A DNA stretch of 32,000 nt from Ktedonobacterales bacterium. GTDB lineage: Bacteria > Chloroflexota > Ktedonobacteria > Ktedonobacterales > JADMIN01. The notes under the pieces were generated by a model, which saw nothing but the letters and a program-made list of their open reading frames with translations, searched no databases and was not told where the DNA came from. Positions 7,291 to 15,807 of this stretch are shown in pieces. Numbering within the stretch: position 1 is the first letter of the stretch; every line of letters starts with the position of its first letter. Both the position numbers and the translations under genes were made by a program. The stretch spans positions 30,001 through 62,000 of the forward strand of contig CP126532.1 of the NCBI GenBank assembly GCA_030167145.1, given 5' to 3'.

Positions 7291-10200
7291 GTGGACAATA
7301 TCACCGGCATCTCTTCTTCAAATCTGCTCCGACCTCTGTTAATAGGGACACTCATCGTGTTGGTGCTGCTAGCATGGCTGGCGCAACGCTCGCCACATCT
7401 AGTGCGTATCGGACTACGGAGTGTAGGGAGGCGCCGTGCGCGCACGGTTCTGATTATCCTTGGCCTAATGCTCTCGACCACATTTGTTGCTTCAGCGTTT
7501 GCTGTGGACAACACCATCACAACAGCGGTCAAGTCTATTGCTGTCTTTAGCCTGGGCCGCATTGACGAAGATGTCGTCGGTAGTGGAAGTCTTCGCCTCT
7601 ATCCCGCGCATTATGGCCAGTTGGCTGCGAGCGCACTCGACGGCAATCCGCATGTCGCAGGTGTCGCACCATCGCTTGTGATCTCGAATCTGTTGGTAGC
7701 CGACGAAACGGCGCGTCAGGTACGTGGTGGGGTGACAGCCGTTGCGATGGATGGCTCCCAGGCAGGCACACTTGGAGCGTTGGAAGATGTTCACGGTCGT
7801 CTAGCATCTGTAAACGCGCTTGGATCAGAGGATGCTTATCTGAACGCGACCACTGGCGCACTGCTCAATGCACAGCCTGGTGATGTACTCTATCTCTACT
7901 CAACTAAATGGCCGGGGCATCGTTACCAATTCACATTACGGGCAATCGTCACTGGCGGCCCGCTCGGTGACAGTCCAGCAATTGTCCTCCCTTTGACGAC
8001 GCTGCAAAATCTGCTCGGCGCGCCGAATCATATTAACCATATCTACATTGCCAACACGGGTGATGGATTGACTGGCGTGAGCTACAGCGACGACATTGCA
8101 AATCAAGTGAACGCGAGCCTTCCCGCATATCTCTATGTACGAGAAGTCAAGGCAGATGGCGTCAAATTCGCACTGCGCGCCCAGGATATCTTCGGCCGGA
8201 TCTTAACACTCTACACGCTTTTCGCTCTCGCGCTTGGCCTTATGCTTATCTTCCTCATTTTTGTATTACTCGCGGCTGAGCGGCGATCTGAACTTGGCAT
8301 GGTGCGGGCACTGGGCATGCGGCGTAACCATATTGTAGGGATGTTACTCTTCGAAGGCGCTGCGTATGACACCGCTGCTGCTGCAATCGGTATGCTCTCT
8401 GGCTTGGGGTTGGGGGTACTCATTGTAATGATCGTCAGCCCAACGCTGACACAGATCGGCTTCCCGCTCAAAATAGCCATAGATCCAGAAAGTATGCTCG
8501 TCTCTTTCTGCCTGGGCGCGCTTTTCACCATGGTTACCATTTGGCTTGCTGCGTGGTCTGTGAGTCGCATGACCGTCGCAGCAGCGCTACGTGATCTGGA
8601 AGACCCTCCGAGACCAGACTTAGGGCTGGCGCACCTTCTCCGTGCGCTGATGCTTGCGCTCCGAGACATCTCGCGGTGGCCATTTGTCTCCCTCGACGCA
8701 CTAGGGCAGCTCGTTTGGGGAATCACGGTACGAGGTATCGTACCGCTAACACTTGGCTGGGTACTACTGCGTCTAGCAGAGGAACGGCACGACATCTTGC
8801 TGCTATCGCTCGGCGTGTCATGTGTGGTAGTTGGAGGCGTGCTGTTGCTTCGCTGGCTAGGTCTCTTTCTCGTATTGATCTGGATGCGTGTACCGACGGC
8901 CGCCTCCGCCACCCGCGTAATGTACCGCGCACATGTTGTGGCGGATAGGTTCGCCGCTCTCCTCATTGGTGGTGGGATTGCGTTGTATTGGTCACTTCCG
9001 TTTGACGTTTTCGGGCAATTCGGCGCCGAGCGCTTCACAGGTGGTATTGCGACCTTCTTTGTTGCAGGTGTGATGATGGTGTTCGGCGCGGTCTGGGCAA
9101 TTGCACCCAATCTTGATCTCCTGCTCATTCCGGTCCGCTGGCTCTTCGCTGTGCTGCGGCACAGCCATGTTACACGAATAGCGCTGGTCTATCCCTCGCA
9201 ACAGCGCTTCAGAACGGGTATTGGCCTTGCCCTATTCTCGTTAGTTTGCTTCACGATGGTTGTGATGGCATGTATTGCCGCTTCGACCACACATACATAT
9301 GATACCGTTCCGGCACAAGCTTCGGGCTACGATGTTGCTGGACAGCCGCTCTTTACACCAGTCGGTGATAGTAGCCACGTGCGCGCCGTTCTGGGGCGAT
9401 CCAATGCACTGAATAATTTGGCGACCATAAGCAGCGCGACGCCCTTGCCCCTCGGAATTTTGCAGCCCGGAGCACCAAATGCGCGTTGGTCATTATATCC
9501 AGTCTCGCAAGTTGATGGCGGTTTCCTTGATGGAGTGGGCTTGCCTCTCGTCGCGCGTGCGCTGGGATACACGAGTGATGCGGATGTCTGGCAGGCATTG
9601 CGCACGCACCCCGGCGATGTTGTCATAGACACAGGCGCGCTCAGCGGTATAGATGCTGCTAGGCTAAGTTTGACATTGCCCCCGTCGCTCAACGCGAGCA
9701 CATTTCTTGGCTCGCCCATTGCGTCTGGCCTGCCGGGGCTTTCGAGCCTTGAAGCAATCTCCAACCAAACGGCCAATGCTTCTGACATTCAACAAGCGTT
9801 GCCCGAAGCAGGCGCGGCCATCTCTGATCCTGATTTTCTGCGCGAAGTAACACTGCGTTTGCGAAATGTAGCGCTGAGTTCTGGTGTTATTGCGCCAACT
9901 CCGCTATGGGTCAGCGATTTGAGAGGAGGGAAGGCAATCAAGTTGACACTCATTGGCATTGTAGAAAATGTGCATGGCGAGCGGCAAGGAATGTTCGGCT
10001 CCGCTGCCACTTTTGCGCCAGTCGAGCAAGGGCTATCCGCTTTCGGCAACGAATATTTCTTTTTCAAAACCAAACCTGGCGTAGATGTCCACGCTGAGGC
10101 TCTTACACTCGGATCAGCTCTACTCGACCATGGCTTTGAGACGACCGTGCTACAGGACGTTCTGCTGGATGTGAACGGTCCGCAAGTCTTCATCAGCCGA

Positions 10201-10596
10201 GTGCTCGTGGGATTGGTGGGTCTGACACTTCTTGTGGGTACTGCGGCGCTCGCCGTTACCGGATCACGTGCAGTGGTAGAGCGTCGGCAGCAGATCGGGA
10301 TGATGCGCGCGTTAGGTTTTCGGCGAGCGCATGTGCAGGCGATTTTTCTTATCGAGTCGTTGCTGGTGGGTATGGCCGGAACAATTCTCGGATTGATATT
10401 GGGTCTGGCACTGTGTCGTAATCTCTTTGCCGTGAACTTCTTCGCACAATATAGATCGGGGTTGACGTTGATTGTGCCCAGCTTGGAACTTGCGGCAATT
10501 TGCGCCGCCGCCATATTTGCGTCCAGTGTGGCCGCGCTGCTGCCTGCTTGGCAAGCCGGGCGTATCGCTCCCGCCGACGCTCTGCGTTACGAGTGA
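7291..10596 (+). CDS. ABC transporter permease with two FtsX/MacB-type halves (copy 1)
   Basis: 1101 aa; GTG start 11 nt after the esterase stop, preceded by GGGAG. The first half has a RIGLRSVGRRRARTVLIILGLMLS-type TM1, a ~230-aa extracytoplasmic domain, and an FtsX bundle (LLAAERRSELGMVRALGMRR...). A hydrophobic linker block follows. The second half has TM1' (YPSQQRFRTGIGLALFSL), a ~300-aa extracytoplasmic domain, and a second FtsX bundle (VVERRQQIGMMRALGFRR ... LLPAWQAGRIAPADALRYE). Confidence 0.9.
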   Translation: MDNITGISSSNLLRPLLIGTLIVLVLLAWLAQRSPHLVRIGLRSVGRRRARTVLIILGLMLSTTFVASAFAVDNTITTAVKSIAVFSLGRIDEDVVGSGSLRLYPAHYGQLAASALDGNPHVAGVAPSLVISNLLVADETARQVRGGVTAVAMDGSQAGTLGALEDVHGRLASVNALGSEDAYLNATTGALLNAQPGDVLYLYSTKWPGHRYQFTLRAIVTGGPLGDSPAIVLPLTTLQNLLGAPNHINHIYIANTGDGLTGVSYSDDIANQVNASLPAYLYVREVKADGVKFALRAQDIFGRILTLYTLFALALGLMLIFLIFVLLAAERRSELGMVRALGMRRNHIVGMLLFEGAAYDTAAAAIGMLSGLGLGVLIVMIVSPTLTQIGFPLKIAIDPESMLVSFCLGALFTMVTIWLAAWSVSRMTVAAALRDLEDPPRPDLGLAHLLRALMLALRDISRWPFVSLDALGQLVWGITVRGIVPLTLGWVLLRLAEERHDILLLSLGVSCVVVGGVLLLRWLGLFLVLIWMRVPTAASATRVMYRAHVVADRFAALLIGGGIALYWSLPFDVFGQFGAERFTGGIATFFVAGVMMVFGAVWAIAPNLDLLLIPVRWLFAVLRHSHVTRIALVYPSQQRFRTGIGLALFSLVCFTMVVMACIAASTTHTYDTVPAQASGYDVAGQPLFTPVGDSSHVRAVLGRSNALNNLATISSATPLPLGILQPGAPNARWSLYPVSQVDGGFLDGVGLPLVARALGYTSDADVWQALRTHPGDVVIDTGALSGIDAARLSLTLPPSLNASTFLGSPIASGLPGLSSLEAISNQTANASDIQQALPEAGAAISDPDFLREVTLRLRNVALSSGVIAPTPLWVSDLRGGKAIKLTLIGIVENVHGERQGMFGSAATFAPVEQGLSAFGNEYFFFKTKPGVDVHAEALTLGSALLDHGFETTVLQDVLLDVNGPQVFISRVLVGLVGLTLLVGTAALAVTGSRAVVERRQQIGMMRALGFRRAHVQAIFLIESLLVGMAGTILGLILGLALCRNLFAVNFFAQYRSGLTLIVPSLELAAICAAAIFASSVAALLPAWQAGRIAPADALRYE

Positions 10597-10756
10597 CTGT
10601 TCCACTGTCTATAGTGAGCGCTCTGCATGTTACGAGCGTCAATTGGCATGTCACATGCTGATCCATTTGTATTCGGGAACGCAGGCAAAGACACAAGTGG
10701 AGAGTTCCGTGCGGCAGCGTATCCTACATCCAACACAAGTTCCCACCTTCGCCAAT

Positions 10757-11479
10757 ATGCTCCGTATTGCCGTGCTTGGGATAGTATTTTGTGGGATACT
10801 TAGTTCATGTTCGGGGACATCAAACTCAACACACACATCTCGGCCAACGGCGACGCCAACCGCTCTGCTCCCAACCCCTACACCTCTCGCCGACATTACC
10901 TACGCTGCTATCGGTGCGTCAGACTCATTTGGCACTGGCACCACCGACCCCGCTCATGATAGCTGGCCGGCAGTCCTTGCGCGTGGGTTGGGAAAGTCGG
11001 TGCATCTGCTCGATCTGGGCATTCCTGGTGCGACCGCTGAGTTGGCTCAGCGTGATGAGGTACCCATCGCGGTGGCGGCACAGCCGAAGATCATTACCGT
11101 GTTGCTCGGGGTGAATGATATAGATGACGGTATCTCGCTCAGTGCATTTCGCACCCAATTGGCATCTATTTTGGCCGTTCTGGAAAGCGAAACACCCGCT
11201 CGTGTGTTTGTTGCCAACCTCCCTGACTTGACGCTGTTTCCACATTTTGCTTCGCGCGACTCCTTAGCGCTCTTACAGGAGATCTTGCAATGGAACTCAA
11301 CAATAGCTCAAGTGGCTCGTGAGCAAGGCGCGATACTGGTAGACCTGTACTCAGATCGAGCCGAGCTTGCCCAACACCCCGAGTACATCGCCAGCGACGG
11401 ACTGCACCCCTCAACCTTGGGCGCTATGAGAGTTGCGGCGGTCTTCGCCGACGTCATCAATGCCAGTCAGACTACCTAG
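10757..11479 (+). CDS. SGNH/GDSL-family esterase/lipase, predicted lipoprotein (copy 2)
   Basis: I take the start at ATG 10757 (MLRIAVLGIVFCGILSSC, lipobox LSSC, Cys codon 10808-10810). The ORF-track start at 10472 would overlap permease 1 by 125 nt. The SGNH blocks are AIGASDSFGTG, LDLGIPGAT, LLGVNDI and ASDGLHPS. It aligns colinearly with copy 1, and roughly half the aligned positions are identical by eye. Confidence 0.85.
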   Translation: MLRIAVLGIVFCGILSSCSGTSNSTHTSRPTATPTALLPTPTPLADITYAAIGASDSFGTGTTDPAHDSWPAVLARGLGKSVHLLDLGIPGATAELAQRDEVPIAVAAQPKIITVLLGVNDIDDGISLSAFRTQLASILAVLESETPARVFVANLPDLTLFPHFASRDSLALLQEILQWNSTIAQVAREQGAILVDLYSDRAELAQHPEYIASDGLHPSTLGAMRVAAVFADVINASQTT

Positions 11480-11492
11480 AAATGGTCGCGCA

Positions 11493-14400
11493 ATGTTCAC
11501 TTCTGTAGGAAGCACTTCGAATAATTTGACTGTCCTGTTGCTAGCAATGGCCTTAATTGCCGCTCTTGCTGGAATGACCATTGCTGGAGTGCGCTCTCGC
11601 TATGCGGTACGAATCGCATTTCGTCAGGTGCGTCGTCGTCCCGGCCGCAATGCCCTAATTGTGTTTGGTTTGATGCTTGCCACAACGTTCATTGCCGGAG
11701 CGCTCATCCTGAATGACACCATTGTCCTTGCGGTTCAGCAAGTAGCAGTCTATAGCTTGGGGCGAGTAGACGAGGAAGTTGTAAGCGGGTCGGGGATTCT
11801 TGGCTTCTACCCCACTGCCACAACAGACGTTGTGCGCACTGCTGCCGCTGGAGATGCGCAGGTAGTGGACGTGACACCAGCCCTTGCCGTGCCAGATCTC
11901 TTGATTGTAGATGAAGCGTCACGGCAGGTACGTGGCAACGTCTTGGGCATCGGGATTGCGCCTGATGGCGGGCCACTGACGAATTTCACTTCGGTGGATA
12001 GCCGGCAGATGGCACCTGTAGACGACCTGGCTCCAGATGAAGTCTATTTGAACTCCAACGCCGCCCGACTCTTGAGTGCTCATCCTGGTGATTCACTGCT
12101 CATCTACTCGTCACTTACTCCAGGTAGCCAATATCATGTGCGAGTCCGCGCCATCGTGAGTGGTGGCGCACTCGCACGCCTGCCATCACTTGTGACCTCG
12201 CTTTCAACCCTTCAGGCATTCTTTGACGCTGATGGCCGCATCAATCGTATCTACATCGCGAACGCTGGAGATGGGCTTTCTGGCGTCGGCTTTAGTGACG
12301 CCATAGCCACACGCATCAATAAAGTTCTTCCCAGTGGACTATCTGTGCGTAAGGTAAAACAAGAAGGTGTGAATTATGCACTTCAAGCACAAGAGGTGTT
12401 CGGACGCATCCTGGTGCTCTACACTTTGTTTGCGCTTGCAATTAGCTTGCTTTTGATTTTCATCATTTTTGCACTCCTGGCGGCGGAACGGCGCGTTGAG
12501 ATCGGAATCGAGCGGGCGTTAGGTATGCATCGCTTCCAGGTTGTCGAAGTTCTGCTTTTTGAAGGTGCTTTTTACGCTACGGCGGCCAGTATCCCTGGCG
12601 TGCTTGCCGGAATTGGACTGGGCACAGTCATAGTTCGTATTGTCACGCCAACAATTGCGCAGTTCGGGCTGCCACTCACCGTGAGCATCCGCCCCGAAAG
12701 CATTCTCCTTGCGTTCTCACTCGGCCTTTTGTTCACCCTTGTGGCCACGGTGGCAGTCGTCTCGGTTGTCAGCGGTATGAACATTTCCGCAGCGATGCGG
12801 GGATTACCAGACCCTCCGATGGCGCCAAAGTCGCTTCGAAGTCTTGTACACGCCGTCTTCGCCAAACAATCAGGTCACTCAGCGTTTACCTCAATCATAT
12901 ACCTAGTCTGGGGATTAGCGAGACGCGGTATCATACCCTTGCTGCTGGGATGGGTATTGGTTCGGTACGCCGTGGAGGCCCGCAACGTGGTTGCACTCGC
13001 GCTCGGTATTCCCGGAGCACTTGCGGGGATGGTACTCATTATCCGTTGGCTGACGCTCGTGCTGATGTTCCGCTTGATGCGCCGTTCCGCCACACATACA
13101 CTTGATATGATTCAAAGTATTGCCAATCGCCTCAGTGCATTACTCATTGGTAGCACTTTGGTGCTCTACTGGTGGTTGCCATTCGCCACACTTCGTCAGC
13201 TTGGGTTGCCTCGCGTACCCGGCGGTATTGAGTTGCTTTTCATTGCTGGTGTGATGATGATCGCAGGTGCGGTATTGGGAATCGCGCCGAATCTCGATAT
13301 TCTGCTTGCTCCATTGCGATGGATGTCGAAGCGAACTGGCCAGCTTAGGCATGTGTCCTATGTTGCTTTCGTGTACCCTTCGCATCAGCGTGTACGCAGC
13401 GGACTGACCATTTCCATGTTTTCGCTCGTGACATTTACGATGGTGGTGATGGCCTGTGTCGCGGCGTCTACAGTGCAGCGATATGGCAACCTTGGAGTTC
13501 AGGCTGGCGGATATAATATCATTGGGCAACCGCTGTTTAGGCCGATAGGTTCTGCTGATCAGGTCGCGCAGTTGCTCGACCGTAGCGCACCTGCGACCAG
13601 CAATGATGTTAGCGCCATAAGTAGCGCTACACCATTACCACTGATAATGTTTCAGCCGGACGCAACTACGGCACGTTGGGCGGTCTACCCCGCTTCGGAA
13701 ATACAGGGGGCATTCTTGTATGGGCAGGGACTACCATTAGTAGCACGCGCCCCACAGTTTGCTTCTGATGCTGCTGTCTGGCAATCTGTGCGAACGCAGC
13801 CAGGAAATGTCGTGATAGATGTTGGTGCGCTGAGCGATGACGATGCAGGCATTCTTGGAATTAGCGCAGCGCCTGGCGTTGGGATAAAGGACTTCGTAGC
13901 GCCCCCCATCGCGTCGAGTCTACTTGGACTTGCGAGCCTGGAATCACTGCTCGGGCAATCATCGGTGCTAAACCTTCAGCGCGGTGTGCCACCAGACATT
14001 CGTCATCTCATTGAAGACCAGAGCACACTCGATCTCTACACCCTCCATCTTCAGAATATTGCGCTCGGTCAGGGGAGTATTGTCCCCACAACGATGTGGA
14101 TTGCTGATCCACGCGGTGGCGTACCAGCGAAAGTAACGATCATCGGTATCGTTGACAATGCTCATGGGCAAAGCTATGGTCTTCTCGGATCCCCGCAGAC
14201 CTTTGCTTCTGTTGAGCAAGGACAACCGCTGATCACCAGCGCCTACTACTTCTTCAAGTTGTACGCGGGTGCTAATGTCCATGCGGATGCTATTTCTATC
14301 GGCTCAGCACTGCTGAACTATGGATTTCAGACTACTGTCATCGAAGATGCCCTCGAAGACTTGAATGGACCGCAGGTCTTCGCCAGCCGAGTATTGATCG

Positions 14401-14786
14401 GACTCGTCGGCTTGACGCTGCTGATAGGCATGGTTGCGTTGGCCATCATTGGCTTGCGGGCGGTAGTAGAGCGACGGCAGCAGATCGGGATGCTACGCGC
14501 ATTGGGCTTTCGCAGGACTGCGGTTGGCACAATCTTTGTCCTGGAAGCCATACTGATCGCCATTGTGGGCGCAAGTCTTGGTCTGATACTTGGCCTTGCC
14601 CTGGCACGCAACGTCTTTGCCGTGAACTTCTTTGTTCGCATTCAATCAGGATTGACTTTAGTTATACCCTGGGCAGCACTAGCTGCCATTATAGGCACTG
14701 CCGTCGTCGTGGCCGTCGGCGCTGCGTTAGCTCCTGCACGCAAGGCGAGTCATGTCGCACCTGCCGAGGCGCTACGCTATGAATGA
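11493..14786 (+). CDS. ABC transporter permease with two FtsX/MacB-type halves (copy 2)
   Basis: I take the start at ATG 11493, 13 nt after the esterase-2 stop; the track start at 11433 overlaps esterase 2. It is colinear with copy 1 over its whole length, with the same TM1 motif, both extracytoplasmic domains, the linker block, both FtsX bundles and the terminal PAEALRYE. Confidence 0.9.
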   Translation: MFTSVGSTSNNLTVLLLAMALIAALAGMTIAGVRSRYAVRIAFRQVRRRPGRNALIVFGLMLATTFIAGALILNDTIVLAVQQVAVYSLGRVDEEVVSGSGILGFYPTATTDVVRTAAAGDAQVVDVTPALAVPDLLIVDEASRQVRGNVLGIGIAPDGGPLTNFTSVDSRQMAPVDDLAPDEVYLNSNAARLLSAHPGDSLLIYSSLTPGSQYHVRVRAIVSGGALARLPSLVTSLSTLQAFFDADGRINRIYIANAGDGLSGVGFSDAIATRINKVLPSGLSVRKVKQEGVNYALQAQEVFGRILVLYTLFALAISLLLIFIIFALLAAERRVEIGIERALGMHRFQVVEVLLFEGAFYATAASIPGVLAGIGLGTVIVRIVTPTIAQFGLPLTVSIRPESILLAFSLGLLFTLVATVAVVSVVSGMNISAAMRGLPDPPMAPKSLRSLVHAVFAKQSGHSAFTSIIYLVWGLARRGIIPLLLGWVLVRYAVEARNVVALALGIPGALAGMVLIIRWLTLVLMFRLMRRSATHTLDMIQSIANRLSALLIGSTLVLYWWLPFATLRQLGLPRVPGGIELLFIAGVMMIAGAVLGIAPNLDILLAPLRWMSKRTGQLRHVSYVAFVYPSHQRVRSGLTISMFSLVTFTMVVMACVAASTVQRYGNLGVQAGGYNIIGQPLFRPIGSADQVAQLLDRSAPATSNDVSAISSATPLPLIMFQPDATTARWAVYPASEIQGAFLYGQGLPLVARAPQFASDAAVWQSVRTQPGNVVIDVGALSDDDAGILGISAAPGVGIKDFVAPPIASSLLGLASLESLLGQSSVLNLQRGVPPDIRHLIEDQSTLDLYTLHLQNIALGQGSIVPTTMWIADPRGGVPAKVTIIGIVDNAHGQSYGLLGSPQTFASVEQGQPLITSAYYFFKLYAGANVHADAISIGSALLNYGFQTTVIEDALEDLNGPQVFASRVLIGLVGLTLLIGMVALAIIGLRAVVERRQQIGMLRALGFRRTAVGTIFVLEAILIAIVGASLGLILGLALARNVFAVNFFVRIQSGLTLVIPWAALAAIIGTAVVVAVGAALAPARKASHVAPAEALRYE

Positions 14787-14835
14787 AGCCTACACTCGCT
14801 CGTAAACATTCGTTTGCCGACGGTGATAGGAAACT

Positions 14836-15636
14836 ATGGAGGGAAGTAGTGCGATGAGAATTACTGACGCACGAGATCAAGATGCGGGGCAAGCTAACCA
14901 AGAAAACATTCAGGCGGAGAGTCCAATCGTCAAGGCCCTTCATATAGCCAAGGTCTACAAATCACATCACATTGAAATACCGGCCCTCACAGATATCAGC
15001 CTAGAAATTCGACACGGTGAAATGGTTTCGGTAATGGGGCCAAGTGGGTGCGGAAAGACCACATTATTGAATTGCCTGGCTGGCCTCGACACGGTGGATC
15101 ACGGCACTGTAGAGATTGCAGGTGTCGACATTGCAAAAATGAGCGATGCCAAACGCACAGATTTTCGTGCCCAGACCATGGGATTCATTTTCCAAAGCTT
15201 CAATCTGATTCCAGTTCTGACCGCCGTGGAAAATGTCGAGTTGCCTCTGTTGGTGCTTGGTAAACGCGCTGGAGTGGCGCGAAAACGTGCGCGAGAGTTG
15301 TTGGTTGCGGTTGGTTTGCGTGATCGCGAGAAGCACCGCCCATCAGAGTTGTCTGGCGGGCAACGCCAGCGCGTGGCAATTGCGCGAGCGCTTATCAATA
15401 ATCCAGCGATTGTGTGGGGTGACGAACCGACTGGCAATCTTGACAGCGAAGCAGCAGATGAAGTCATGGATCTGCTCACAACGCTCAATCGTACTCTCGG
15501 CCAAACTCTGGTCATTGTCACTCACGCCACAGACATCGCTGCACGCACTAATCGCGTCATTCGTATGCGTGACGGAGCAATTGTCTCTTCGCTGACGAGC
15601 ACGGATCCGACATACGACACCTCTCACCAATCATGA
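14836..15636 (+). CDS. ABC transporter ATP-binding protein, MacB/LolD/FtsE-like
   Basis: 266 aa. Walker [10 protein letters not shown], signature [15 protein letters not shown], Walker [14 protein letters not shown]-loop VIVTHA. About 30 N-terminal residues precede the usual start of the fold. An alternative ATG lies at 14854. Confidence 0.93.
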   Translation: MEGSSAMRITDARDQDAGQANQENIQAESPIVKALHIAKVYKSHHIEIPALTDISLEIRHGEMVSVMGPSGCGKTTLLNCLAGLDTVDHGTVEIAGVDIAKMSDAKRTDFRAQTMGFIFQSFNLIPVLTAVENVELPLLVLGKRAGVARKRARELLVAVGLRDREKHRPSELSGGQRQRVAIARALINNPAIVWGDEPTGNLDSEAADEVMDLLTTLNRTLGQTLVIVTHATDIAARTNRVIRMRDGAIVSSLTSTDPTYDTSHQS

Positions 15637-15694
15637 TCGTTGCGGTTTCCGTCCGTTATTTGTGCCCATCGAGTAGTGTGCCCGTCATGCGCCA

Positions 15695-15703
15695 TGGTAC
15701 AAT
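15695..15703 (+). promoter_or_regulatory. candidate extended -10 promoter (TGgTACAAT) upstream of the HemQ-family gene
   Basis: The sequence tggtacaat lies about 105 nt upstream of ATG 15808, which is preceded by AGGAGG. Direct repeats TGTGCCC(A/G)TC at 15661-15670 and 15677-15686 lie just upstream. Confidence 0.35.
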
Positions 15704-15807
15704 CTCGTCAGATATGCTCCATACGTCATGGCGAGAACCTTGCTGCGTGGCGCATGGCCCTATCTTTCAGGACGTTTGTTTGCTAGCGGCCCGTCAGGAG
15801 GCGTAAC

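Noticed and set aside
8211-9128. 305-aa minus-strand ORF inside permease 1, and a similar 241-aa ORF at 9789-10514
   Set aside because: Both are antisense to a permease whose reading frame is confirmed by colinear similarity to its paralogue. Their composition is low-complexity Ser/Arg/Pro/Thr-rich, so they are shadow ORFs.
10472-10756. 5' extension of the esterase-2 ORF, as given in the ORF track
   Set aside because: It would overlap the end of permease 1 by 125 nt and encodes Cys/Pro-rich sequence with no signal-peptide character. ATG 10757 gives a clean lipoprotein signal peptide (MLRIAVLGIVFCGILSSC).
11433-11492. 5' extension of the permease-2 ORF
   Set aside because: It overlaps the last 47 nt of esterase 2. 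ATG 11493, 13 nt after the esterase stop, mirrors the 11-nt spacing seen in module 1.
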